A stretch of 64,000 bases of DNA from Schizochytrium sp. TIO01 (lineage: Eukaryota > Protista > Bigyra: Labyrinthulomycetes). A program made the position numbers and the translations under genes. The notes beneath the pieces were generated by a model. The model saw only the letters and a program-made list of their open reading frames with translations. It searched no databases and was not told the origin of the DNA. Positions 25,181 to 36,684 of the stretch are shown here, one piece after another (the first letter of the stretch is position 1; each line of letters opens with the position of its first letter). The DNA lies in assembly GCA_004764695.1 (NCBI GenBank), contig SMSO01000025.1, forward strand, positions 3,286,001-3,350,000. Reading direction: 5' to 3'.

Positions 25181-25631
25181 TCAATAATGTTGCTGCTGGC
25201 CATCCTGCTGCTGTTGCGGCTGCTGGCCATCCTGCTGAGGGGGGGGCGGCATCATTCCTGGCATCTGCTGGCCGTTGCTATAATACCCCATGTGCATCTG
25301 GTTGTAAGGATTGTGAGTAAACATTCCAGGGGCACTGCCATGGTACATCACTTGAGGCTGATAGTATGCCGATATGTACCCTGGCGGCATGTATGGCTGA
25401 CCAGGAGGCATTGCATACCCCTGCATCATTTGTTGCTGGACCATGTGCGGCTGCGGCTGCATATGTTGTTGAGGTTGCGGCGGCTGCTGCTGTTGCTGGA
25501 ACGAGGCTGGCGTGAACTCCTTAGCATTCGCGTTCGGGCGCCACTCCTTAGCTTCCGAGTTCAAGGCTTTGGTTTTAGAAGCAGCCTCCTTGGCAGGCGC
25601 AGCAGACTCTCCCTTGAGATCCTGTTGTTGT

Positions 25632-25672
<41 letters not shown>

Positions 25673-27019
25673 AGACTTCTTCTTCTTGTCGCCACTAGCG
25701 GGGGGGGCCTTGTCCTGGGCCGCCTCAGACTTTTTGTTACTGAGCTTTTCCGAAAACTGTTTAAAACCATCAATATCACGCTGGCGGTCGCTGATGCGCT
25801 TCTCCTCCGCAGTCATGGACTTCTTACCTCCATTGTTCTTGGAGTTCGATTTCTCATTGTTTCTGCCCTTGGAGGAACCGGCGCCACGACCGCCCGAACC
25901 AGCACCGGTTTCGCCAGATGCTTCCTTGGAGGACCCAGCTCCAGCCTCGCCAGACTTACCCTTGGCATTGTCCTTACCCTCAGACTTCTTGTTAGCGGGG
26001 GCAGGAGCAGGTGCAGAAGGCGCGGGCTCATCAGACTTGGCTGGAGTCGCCGCATTTTCGGCAGCCTTTTTATCACCCTCAGCAGAATCAGCAGGAGTTG
26101 AAGAAGATCCACGCACGCGAGCAGCCCAACTCATACCAGGAGGTACACTCTTCGGCGCCGAGCCCTTGGCAGCATCCGAGTCAGAGGGTTTACCGCCAGC
26201 AGCGGCCTCTGCACCAGTAGTTGATGATGCCTTCGAGGAATTGTCGGGAGTATCACGACGGTGAGGAGGTTGATAGGCGCTCTCGTTTCGCGAGACAGAC
26301 GCATAGCGAGATTCCTCGTCAAGCTCTTCGCCCTCTTGGGCCTTTTGGTTGCGTTCTTCGAGCACATGAAAATTGCTTGAGGTCTGAGACTCAATGGATC
26401 GAGCCAGGCGGTTGGCACGGCGGCGGTCAGACTCGGAGAACTTGCGCTTGTCAAGCGAGGTAGTGTAGAGGTTCTCGTCGTAAGTAGATTTGACACCAAA
26501 CCTCTCCTCATTCACCTTGAACTGGTCCCAGCTTCCGGCAGGTGCAGAGCCCTCGAGGGAGGCACCCTTTAGAGTCTCGCCTTTCTCACCAGCCACGGGA
26601 GGGCTAGCAAGCCAGGCCGCGGACTGCAATTTACGCTCAGCACCACCGGCACGAGCACCATTACTAATGTCAGTGTCCGTGCGGAAGCTACTAGGCATCT
26701 TGTCAGTGGAAACACCAAGTTTCTTGGCGGCATCTACCATACCACCGGCATCGGCAGCAAAGACACTAGCCACCTCACTCCATGTCAAATTCATGGGCGC
26801 GCCTTCCTTTGTCTCGCCTTTTACGTGAGCATACTTGAGGCTGAGACCCTGGAGTGTCGATCCTTTAGCCTGGGCATCAGTCTTGGCGCCAGTAAGAACA
26901 CCCGTTACCACGGTACCATTCGTCTTGGTCACCTCCACACGTTGGCCTGCGAGAAAAGCCAAAGCAAACGCCACGCGGTCCTTGGCCGACGAGTTTGACT
27001 TGCCACTGTTTCCAGACAT
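25181..27019 (-). CDS. ATXN2: Ataxin-2 / Pbp1 family RNA-binding protein (Lsm + LsmAD + PAM2 + Q/P/M/Y-rich low-complexity tail)
   Basis: Lsm fold (LAGQRVEVTKTNGTVVTGVL), FRTDTDIS, LsmAD (WDQFKVNEERFGVKSTYDENLYTT...ERNQ...EESRYASV), PAM2 (LNSEAKEWRP/NANAKEFTP). First ATG is 27019 (MSGNSGK). Confidence 0.92.
25622..25672 (-). repeat. Coding polyglutamine tract (CAG)10 CAA (CAG)2 (CAA)3 CAG, Q17, inside the ataxin-2 gene
   Basis: Read directly from the minus strand. Confidence 0.93.
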
Positions 27020-28580
27020 CTTCCTAACTAGAACCTCTTTATTTTCCTTTCGTGAAGAACGAGAAAGTTGTCTCAACAAAGCACAGCGTAGGACGAACTG
27101 TACTTAAATCAAACCTAATGAAAGAATCCTGAAGAAACCCTTTAGCTTCTGTAAACTCAAACCGGAGCGAACCCTCGGGCTCACGCAAAGGATCAAAAGC
27201 GTAATTGAAAGTTAATAGGCAAAGCACAGCTCACAATCGAGACAATAAAGAGAATTGATCAAGATCGTGAAGAATCACCTCAATGAAAGTATCTTGGGAG
27301 AAAGGGTTTGCAGATATGCGACTTGAAGAAAGGACCTTCGTTCTCGTGGAGAAAGATTATCCAACAGAACAGTACGAATACTTTGGGTGGTTGGTTACTT
27401 CGTTATTTAAGAGGATCGAGAACGAATAATTTCGAAACCACACGCGAGAAGGGCAAGCAAGCAAGGATCCAAGCAAGCAAGCAAGCAAGCAAGCCAAGCG
27501 CTTGTTTTGCTTCTTTTACTTCTCCTTCTCCTTCTCCTTCTCCGCCGCAAGCCGATGGTGCGACGACCTCAGTACGAGAGATACGAGCTTGCCGCCGGGA
27601 AGAGGCAACCAGCAGAGGCGACCTGGCGCAGAGCAGGCAGCAGAGGCAGCGACAGGCGGCAAGCGAGCAAGCAACACGCAAGCAAGCCAGCTATCAAGCG
27701 AGACTGCCTGTCTCTGATGCTTCGTCCTCCTCTCTTTAGTGTAGTACCAGGCACGTATACTATGCAATAAATATTACATCATCTTTCACTATCATTATTC
27801 GCTATGTTCTATTAATCACTTATCAGATCAGATCAGATTAGATCATAATAGTAATCATATACATGTTTAGCCAGCTAACCACTTAGGTGCCTTAGTAGTT
27901 CGTGAGTTTTAGAGCGACGAACGAACCATAGAATGTTTGCATTTCTGAGTCTGTGATCAGCCTGCGGTTATCCACATATGTAGGCGAAGAGTGGAGAGGT
28001 TGGTCCTCCCTTATATAGAGTACTTGTCTCCATAGAGAGGTGTGTTTCTTGTCTCAGGTCTCTTCTGCTGCACAGCTTTGCATGGATTTCTTTTTTTATT
28101 CTTTATTCAAGTTTGCTTTTGTATAAATCAATTAAAAAACAAATAATAAAACAAAAAGGAACGAGCTAGTACTATTTTGTAGTTATGTATCTGCGTAGCA
28201 CTCCCTGTCTTGGTCATTGCATACACTCATTAATAAACAATGTCAGGAATTGATAGGGGCTCTTATATGTATGAAGGATAGACCAAGATCCAGACCGAGG
28301 AGTTGATGTGATGGATGTGCGGTTCTGGCGCTGATTAAGAACTGTGAAGTAAAGAATTCCGAGCGAGGAAGAGGTTAACGAAATGGTGTGCAAGGAATCG
28401 TGGAAGTTATGAAAATAGATCTGCCAGAAGTATTTATGATCAGTGGTGATTATATTATGTAGTTGAACTCTTATAATGTATTATACTTTGTGAAGAAAAG
28501 GGAAATTTGTAAAGATTTGTAGAAAGGCGAACAACAAAATTGTTCAACGTAACATCTGTTGTATAGAGCTGGCGAGTTTT

Positions 28581-29465
28581 TCATGTCTTAGGTACAAAAA
28601 GAGATCTATGTAGTTTCAGGGAACCGTTTGATTTTCGTAACTCGCACCAAATTGGCGTTCCGTTTGGAATTCTCCGCATGGTATTCAAGAGTTTCATCAT
28701 CTGTAGTAAAGGTCAATTTCAAGCGTATGATTAGTATATATATTCGTCGTAAAAAAAATTCAACTTGACAACTACTTTGCTTCATGTCTACATCTAAACG
28801 TACATTGATACAGTGACCCACGACACCAATCCGACTATCTGGAAGAGCGTAGATGATCTTCTTCAGACGTTCTATTTGGGCCTCTGACTTTGCCGGAAGA
28901 TAGCTGCAAATTCCACAAGTTAGATCGTCCAGGATTGGGCTACTGTTAGTTTCCTTGTTTGCAAATCAAACTTTCTAGGGTAGCGTGGTAGCGAAGCCCT
29001 TTATGTGATAACTTACCCACTCGACCACCAATCCGTGCCATAGTTTGCTTCGTATTCCTTGATCAGTGTGAAGTCAATATCATTGAACTTTGGCAATGAT
29101 CGCAGGTTCTCATCATGGATCAGTTCTTCATATGATCTCCCAGTGTTTTCGTATCCGGCCATCCTTTTGGTTTTGGCAAACTCTGCGAGCTCTGGGATAA
29201 TAAGAATACGGCAGTCGATGTCGGCATACACATAGCATGCAGTCTCAATCGCCCTTGTCATGGGGGAGCATAATACAGTATCTATACTTTGAAATCGGGC
29301 ATCCTCCGCTGCGGACCTGCCCAGTTTAATCATCGCTTCCCTGCCCTCGTCAGAGAGTATAACATCTCGCATTAAGAGCGATGACCTTCGTACACTAGGT
29401 GTTGTCTGCTGCGCCAAGGACTTCGCATGGCGAATCAGCACCACCTGCTTGGTTTTTTGACCCAT
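28581..29465 (-). CDS. Histidine phosphatase (phosphoglycerate mutase-like) family protein; 3 exons 29465-29017, 28903-28804, 28700-28581; 222 aa
   Basis: Exon 1 has the RHG-type motif IRHAKS and SPMTRAIET. GTAAGT donor at 29016, CTAAC branch site and TTGCAG acceptor at 28904. Exon 2 gives the second catalytic His (RIGVVGHC). GTACGT donor at 28803 and TACAG acceptor at 28701. Exon 3 gives IPNGTPIWCEL and a TGA stop. The reading frame is preserved across both junctions. Confidence 0.85.
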
Positions 29466-30883
29466 ATGATTTTGCTCCCGCCAGCCCTAGTCTTTTGCGC
29501 CCGAAGCTCGGCTTCTCTGTAACCCCAATTGTCGCGTGCAATTAAGACGATCCGTGTGAGTTGTTCAGAAATTGCATTTCCTCTCGTTACGACTCTGTAA
29601 CCTTGTTTGAAGTTTGAGCTTCTCAAATAGGAAGCATTGTTCCTTCAGCAATGAATGTTTAATCCTGGAATCCTGTGCTCAGCGTGGCTCCCAGTCCATT
29701 TGCAAGACCTCTCTCATGTTCAATTGATATCCATTTACATTTCAGGCCTCAATAGTAGCTTATTTCTTAATACTCAATGCTCCTCTAATCAACTATTCTT
29801 CCGCACGTGCTTTACTTGTACTCCGCGGTGGGTTATCTACCTTAAACTCATTGCTCCCACCTCTCTCTACATCATCTCCATCTATACTACTTTAAGGTGT
29901 ACCATAGACTACAATTACTTCTATATAACCCCCCTGATGCGAGTTCCCAGACCTTGCAAGCTGCGGCTGCTTGCCTTTATGAGGGTATTGTACCCCTCTT
30001 TGCGCAAACGTTGGGTTGCGCACCCGTTGACTCAACGGGCGGCTTCGAGAAGGAAAACAAGGGAACACCGGGAACGAAAAAACCGCCTTTTTCAATGATC
30101 ATCTACGAGAACTAGTACACGGGTTAGGAGGTCCTAGTGCCATCTAATGGTATCTTATTCCTCTCTCTCGTCACAAGTATCTTGCGTTCTCTTTTCTCCT
30201 TTCACGCGTTGCTTGGGCTTTTCGGGAGCCCTGAATTGGAATGGAGGTGCGATTCGTTCGATGGCTGGCTTCGATGCCGCGACGGAGGCGTCAGGGAGCA
30301 GCTGCAGCGGCCAGGACCGGCACGAAACGCCTCCCTCTGTTTGTCTGTCAGCCGCGGCGAAGTTCTCGCTCGCGATCCCTTTTATCCGACGGCGAGAAGA
30401 GTTTAGAATAGTGCATAGAGAGATAGATAGAGAGATATAGAGAGATAGAGAGATATAGAGAGATAGAGAGATAGATAGCGATAGGCGTGTAAGTAAGGAA
30501 GGGAGAGAGGGAAAAGAACGCTGCGCAGAAAGAGAACAGAAGAAAGAAAGAATTAGAATGGGGTTTATATGGGAGGAAAGCGACAGGTGGAAACAGGGAG
30601 AGAGAAACAACAGTCGTCGCTCACCGTCTACGACAAACAGCCGCCGCGACGGGTAGACAGGCGGGGATTTGGAGAGGCGGCGCAGAGGCAAATCATCGAG
30701 AGAGCATGCACGCATGCATGCATAGAGAGAGCTCAGCGTATCTGTCTCTCGTAATGTGGTTGTATGATGTTTAACTGTTTTCGTTTATCTGCTGGTTGAT
30801 TATATGGCGCTTTTGTCCTTTTGTCTGTGAAGTGTTCTCTTATTGAGTGCTTTTCTGCTGTTGATTGTATGGAAAGAGGATAA

Positions 30884-30955
30884 AGAGAATAGAAAGAATA
30901 GAAAGAATAGAAAGAATAGAAAGAATAGAAAGAAGAAGAAGAAGAAGAAGAAGAA
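30884..30955. repeat. (AGAATAGAA)5 nonamer followed by (GAA)n, upstream of CCT5
   Basis: Read directly. Confidence 0.9.
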
Positions 30956-31287
30956 CAGAGACCCAACGAAGCAGAAGCAAGCTCGAACATCCTTCGCCAA
31001 ATCGGTGCGGGACGCGAGCGACATCAGTTTCGGAACGAAGCGACGACACCGTTGCTCTCTAGCGTCAAAGGTGCCTCGCGGAATACCCGCTGGCTACTGA
31101 AGAAGCGGTCTGGCGAGGCGGCAGATCGGCAACGGCGAGATCGGGCATCGGCAGTTTGAATACTGGCAACCTTCCCTTGTTTGTTTCAACACCGCTCGCA
31201 GTCGCAGCGGCACTGATTTCGTGAGAAGAACGAAATCCACGCAGAGAAAGCTTAGAGCTACAGTTCAGAGGTCCACATACAGTCAAG

Positions 31288-32907
31288 ATGAGCGTTGTCT
31301 TCGATGAGTACGGCAGGCCCTTTATTGTCATGCGCGAGCAGGAGCAGCGCCAGCGGCTCAAGGGTCTCGACGCCCAAAAGGCGAACATTCTCGCTGCCCG
31401 CACGATTTCTGGTCTCTTGAGATCTTCCTTGGGCCCCAAGGGTATGGATAAGATGATGGTCTCTCCCGACGGAGATGTGACCATCACCAACGATGGAGCC
31501 ACCATCTTGAACAAGATGGAGGTCGAGCACCAGGTGGCTCGCCTCATGGTCGAGCTTTCCCAGTCTCAAGATAACGAAATCGGTGATGGTACCACAGGTG
31601 TTGTTGTGCTTGCTGGAGCTCTCCTTGAGCAGGCCAGCAAGCTCCTCGATGAGGGTATCCATGCCGTACGTATCGCAGAGGGCTTCGAGAAGGCATGTGA
31701 AGTGGCTGTCGCCAAGCTGGAGGAGATCAGCGACACCGTTGAGTTTAGCAAAGATAACATTGAGCCCCTGATTCGCACTGCGTCTACCACTCTCAGCTCC
31801 AAGATTGTTCACCGTTACAAGCAGAAGATGGCCAAGATTGCAGTCGACGCTGTTCTTTCCGTTGCAGACCTTGACCGTAAGGACGTTAACTTTGACCTCA
31901 TCAAGATGGAGGGCAAGGTCGGTGGCACCTTGGAAGACACTGAGCTTGTTGATGGTGTGATTCTGGATAAGGACTGGGCTCACCCCCAGATGCCCAAGGA
32001 GGTTGATGATGCCAAGATCCTTCTATTGACATGCCCGTTTGAGGCCCCCAAGCCCAAGACCAAGCACAAGCTCGACATTAAGTCTGCCGAGGCCTACCGC
32101 GCTCTCTATGAGCAGGAACAGAAATACTACAAGGACATGGTCAAAATGTGCAAGGACTCTGGTGCTAACGTTGTCTTCTGCCAATGGGGTATGGAGGATG
32201 ACAGTCTCGGTGTCCTCGTGCAGGAGAAGCTCCCTGCCGTGCGCTGGGTTGGTGGTGTGGAGATTGAGCTCCTTGCCATGGCTACTGGCGCCCGTATTGT
32301 CCCCCGCTTTGAGGAGATCACCCCGGACAAGCTTGGCTCGGCCGGTAAGGTGCGTGAGGTCCAGTTTGGTACCACCAAGGAGCGCATGATGTACATTGAG
32401 GACTGCAAGAACTCAAAGACCGTGACTGTGTTTGTTCGCGGTGGTAACAAGATGGTCGTCGATGAGGGTAAACGTTCCCTGCACGATGCCATGTGTGTCA
32501 CACGTAACCTCATCAAGGATAACCGCATCGTCTACGGTGGTGGCTCTGCCGAGGTTGCTTGCTCCCTTGCTATTTCAGAATACGCCGACACCATCACCGG
32601 TATTGAGCAGTACGCTATCCGTGCCTTTGCTGATGCCCTTGATGATGTTCCTATGGCCCTCGCAGAGAACTCTGGTCTTCCCCCTATCACCTTGCTTTCT
32701 AACATTAAGGCGCGCCAGGTCGGTGAGAAGAACCCCTACATTGGTATTGACGCCATGGGCAACCAGGAAGCCAACATGAAGAGTGCTCTTGTGTTTGAGA
32801 CTTTGGCTGGAAAGATCTCGCAGATTCAGATGGCGAACCAGCTCGCCAAGCTTATCCTCCGTGTTGATGATGTGCTGGCTAGCGCTGGCTCTGGCGGCGG
32901 CTACTAA
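31288..32907 (+). CDS. CCT5: T-complex protein 1 subunit epsilon (CCT/TRiC chaperonin)
   Basis: [10 protein letters not shown]-terminus, [56 protein letters not shown]. 539 aa with strong codon bias. Confidence 0.97.
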   Translation: MSVVFDEYGRPFIVMREQEQRQRLKGLDAQKANILAARTISGLLRSSLGPKGMDKMMVSPDGDVTITNDGATILNKMEVEHQVARLMVELSQSQDNEIGDGTTGVVVLAGALLEQASKLLDEGIHAVRIAEGFEKACEVAVAKLEEISDTVEFSKDNIEPLIRTASTTLSSKIVHRYKQKMAKIAVDAVLSVADLDRKDVNFDLIKMEGKVGGTLEDTELVDGVILDKDWAHPQMPKEVDDAKILLLTCPFEAPKPKTKHKLDIKSAEAYRALYEQEQKYYKDMVKMCKDSGANVVFCQWGMEDDSLGVLVQEKLPAVRWVGGVEIELLAMATGARIVPRFEEITPDKLGSAGKVREVQFGTTKERMMYIEDCKNSKTVTVFVRGGNKMVVDEGKRSLHDAMCVTRNLIKDNRIVYGGGSAEVACSLAISEYADTITGIEQYAIRAFADALDDVPMALAENSGLPPITLLSNIKARQVGEKNPYIGIDAMGNQEANMKSALVFETLAGKISQIQMANQLAKLILRVDDVLASAGSGGGY

Positions 32908-33671
32908 GCAATCACACACACATCCCCTTTTGATAGACAAACATACACTCTTTTAACCCCACACCTTTGATCTACAAACCGTTTTTCTGTTTTTGCATGT
33001 CTTTCTTTCTTTTTCTATTTATCCTCAGAGCTTGTTTTGTTTTATATCCTCCTCACGTCAAACTCTATTTAGACAAATTAGCTCAAAAGACTTGACTATG
33101 CTGTCTGTCACTGTTAAGCACAAGTGCACTTCAACTGAGCAATGCAGGCAGTGCTATACCCCCAAATAAATAGAAATATTCGCATCCCAGAGTCAATTTC
33201 TTAAAAAAATATATATAAAACAATCGAAATATCAAAAAGTTTCTCTTGTTCTATTTTCTAAATAGTCTGAAATTGTCATTCGAAAGCACACCATGGCACA
33301 TCAAGACGTTCCGAAAAAAAGGTATTCTATATTGAAAGGTTTGAAGTGTTTAAAAAAATGTGTTTCTTATTTTAGGATTTAGTTCGTGCTACGCTATGAG
33401 TATGACGCAAACAAGCGGTCTCACGGCTCCTGGAGCTGTAAACCAATGATACAAACACTAGAATGCACGATTGTAAAAATAAACTTGTTAGCTCATTTTC
33501 TCTCTTGTGTTACAGTGCAGAGAAGAAAAGTTACTAGAAGGCGGATGCGCCCACAAATACGAGTCAAAGCTCTGAGAAATAAAGCGACGAATAGAGAGGG
33601 GGCAGAGTTTAACAAGGCGGACATTCTCAAAGATTACTAGGTCCGTGAGAATGCACGGGGCGCGTCGTATC

Positions 33672-34574
33672 CTACTCAACCGTTGAAAACTTAGCAATCT
33701 GAGTGACAAAGTAAGTCTCGTCAGGCTTACAAGTCTGCTTGCGAGAGACGCAGCCAGGCTCGAGGCAGACCATGTTGTGGTACTCTTCGGGACCAAAATC
33801 GCCAAGGCCCTTAGACTTCTCGATCCAAGGGTTCCACACAACTAGATCACACTCCATGTGGTCCTCCTTATCATCGCGCTTGCCAAAGCTGACATCAAGC
33901 TGAATACGACCATTTCCATCAGAAACTTCGATCGGGCCCTTTACACTCGTGTAGATACGGTCAGTCTCCTCGGTGAACTTGACAACCTCATTCTCCTCTG
34001 TAAATGTCTCGCCCTTCTTCAACTGATCAATGTACGAAACTCCCTCAAGACCCTTCACCTCCAGCTCAGAGATATCAGCCGCAAGCTTGTAGTAGGTGTG
34101 GAGCAAGCCCTGGAACTCAAAGTCCTCATCGCCAGTGTTCGTGATATGCAGGCTTGTCTGAAGCACCGCAGCGCCAAAGACAACATTGTGCACAAGCTTG
34201 TATTTGTGTGGCCAGTCCTTCGAGAGCTCATTGTCGCGGGACACGAAAGCCACGGTCACGACTCCATCTTCTTCGGTGGGGGTGTCTTCAACAACCCACT
34301 CAGAAACGCGTGCAAACCCGTGCTTAACGAGTTCACCTTCGCCAAACTGAGGGAATACAAGAGGGATTCCGCCACGGATAGGTTTGCTGCGGTCAGTGTT
34401 CGTCTCTGCAGACGTAAAGATACGCTCCTCACCGTTGGCATCCTTATAAGAGTACAGGGTTCCTCCAAACTTGGCCACGCGAATCGAGGCGCCAGTGAGC
34501 TCACTCTCGAACTCCCAGGCCTCCAGAGAGCCGCCTTTGCTGCCTTGAAGCAGAATATCACGCTGGTGAACCAT
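33672..34574 (-). CDS. Glucose-6-phosphate 1-epimerase / D-hexose-6-phosphate mutarotase (aldose 1-epimerase family)
   Basis: KPIRGGIPLVFPQFG, HGFAR, LHTYY, ETDRIY, VVWNPW, MVCLEPG. First ATG is 34574. Confidence 0.93.
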   Translation of the reverse strand: MVHQRDILLQGSKGGSLEAWEFESELTGASIRVAKFGGTLYSYKDANGEERIFTSAETNTDRSKPIRGGIPLVFPQFGEGELVKHGFARVSEWVVEDTPTEEDGVVTVAFVSRDNELSKDWPHKYKLVHNVVFGAAVLQTSLHITNTGDEDFEFQGLLHTYYKLAADISELEVKGLEGVSYIDQLKKGETFTEENEVVKFTEETDRIYTSVKGPIEVSDGNGRIQLDVSFGKRDDKEDHMECDLVVWNPWIEKSKGLGDFGPEEYHNMVCLEPGCVSRKQTCKPDETYFVTQIAKFSTVE

Positions 34575-36684
34575 CTTGGGGTTTCTTTTCTCGACTCTAG
34601 TACTTCCTGTTGAATTCGGGGTTTGCAACCACAATGACAATCTTTTCTAGCTTGTGAAGAATCTGGTTTGATGTTTGGATTTTAAGTTTGGTGGAGTTCG
34701 GGTTTTGCCGGGCACAATCCGCAAGTTGAGCGGAAGTATTGTACTCTGTGATGTATCTTCTTTTGATTACACTTAAAACGTAGGTAGCTATTATTTTAAT
34801 TAACAATTAGATTCACTTACAGATAATGTTAAAAATAATCTTCTTTCTGGTAGTCGTGCTATGTTTCTATAGTTTTAGATAGTGTGGCCTTAGGTCTGCT
34901 GATTTGCCCTGTCCATTTCAATGAGAAGTAAAAGTAATCATGATCATGATGAGGAACCAGAACGACTTGAAGAATGCAATTCGATGGAGAGCCTCGGCAG
35001 TCATCATTCGCGTGTTTTGTTGCCATCAACGACGGGGGATGTTGGTCGGCGACGTGAAAGATTGCAAAGGTTGCTCGCGCAGCAATGATGAGATTGCCAG
35101 GATGGGCAGTGATGACTTGGTGTCTCCCAAGGCAGGACGAAGCTGACACGAACGCTTTGGACGCTCCCGACAGCTGCGCCTCTTGAGCTCAGTTTCTGAG
35201 CCTCAGAGACATCGTAGCAGTAGTCGAAAACCTTGTGCATCATGATGCACCTTCGATCTAGGTTTTACGCAGAAGAATTAAGATCCTGGTTCTGACGCGA
35301 GGAAAGCGAAACAGAAGGTGCTGTGGCAACGAGGTGATCGATAATCAACACAGCACGTCAAAACATAATGAGCAAACGAACGTCGAAGTAGAGCGTAGCA
35401 CCCAGAACTGGACCTTGTGATCAAAGTGCCGAGATTATGTCCAAGCTCAATGTAACGACAGCCTCCGTGAAGCATGAGAGAGTTCTTGGCCTTCTTTGCA
35501 TCTTCACATCAACGAAAGGATACGCACGACCATTTCTTTGTGGAGGGAAAAGCCCTCAGATGTTTTCTCAAGCTTGGTCAGAATTGCTACTGTTTTCCAT
35601 TGGGTTGGAATGCTCCAGTCCGGTGCTTCTTCTTCTCCAGCGGGAATGCCATGGTCTTATTGCCGCTGCCGAATTTACTCTTAGGCCGAGCTTCAAAGTT
35701 CGAACGTTGTGCATTAGCGATTTGCGTTAGTGCAACCTAAACCATGCGATGAAACGAGAGCCCTCGTCTTCATCAGGTTCTTCCACGGAATTCCACAACT
35801 CGTTTTATGACCACCTTCGAAGAATGCTCACAAATCGCAATTTTGGAAATGGGTCTTTTTCGGAATCATTCCCTGCGTTCCCACTAACTTTCTCTCCACT
35901 ACATTCCCCGCATTCCCTTTTCGGCGGGTGAGAGTTCCCTGTGTTCCCAACTTACTTTAGAGATGGTACCACCTTAATATCCTCCACCATAGTTCCGCTA
36001 TTTCGCGGTCGCGAAGAGGGTGTACTACATACTATCTATGTGTGATTGCTGCACAGAAAGCACCTTAAAAAGGGAGGAGCGGAGGTGTCGCCGCTCGAAC
36101 AGCCGCTGGAGAGACGGGACTAAGAACTATTTACAATAAAAGATAGGGATGGGATCAGAATGCTTTGGTTATGGGAAACTGTAGAAAGGCGGAAAGCAGA
36201 AGAATAAGGAAAAGTATAAGAATAGGGATAAGAAGTAGAAGAGAGAATTGACGAAGTCGAGATCAACAAACAGATTGCCAAGCCAAGACACGTCTTGCGA
36301 GCAGCGAGGAGGTTAAGCTGGGGCGTGCAAAGTCGCAAGGAGGGATCTGAGGGAGTGCTCGATAAAAGATTGTCGTAATATACGGCTTTAGTTGACGCTG
36401 TGAGTTGGGAGGTGACGGATTTCGAGAAGCATTCATCGACTGCAGTCTGGGCTACTACACTAAATAAAGAAAAGGTGGCTGGAGAGAAAGAAAAGAGCCT
36501 TGGCGCCATATTCACAGAAAATATCTCTAGTGAAGAGTCTTGCGCGAAAGTACAGAGACGCTGACGAGGAATTCCGTAGTGGTATCAGGCTGTGTATTTT
36601 ATATAACTATTAATCTCCGCTGGTATTAAGCTGTTGAGGTGGGAAGTTCACTGAACGGTCTTACGCAGATACACTCGCTTGCAA

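Noticed and set aside
25187-26101. 304-aa plus-strand ORF
   Set aside because: Antisense shadow of the ataxin-2 CDS; its poly-Leu mirrors the CAG/CAA codons.
29655-30098. 147-aa ORF between the phosphatase and CCT5
   Set aside because: Atypical composition in a pyrimidine-rich promoter-like spacer, with no domain evidence.
31258-31983. 241-aa minus-strand ORF (also 33858-34613 on the plus strand)
   Set aside because: Antisense shadows of the strongly codon-biased CCT5 and epimerase genes.
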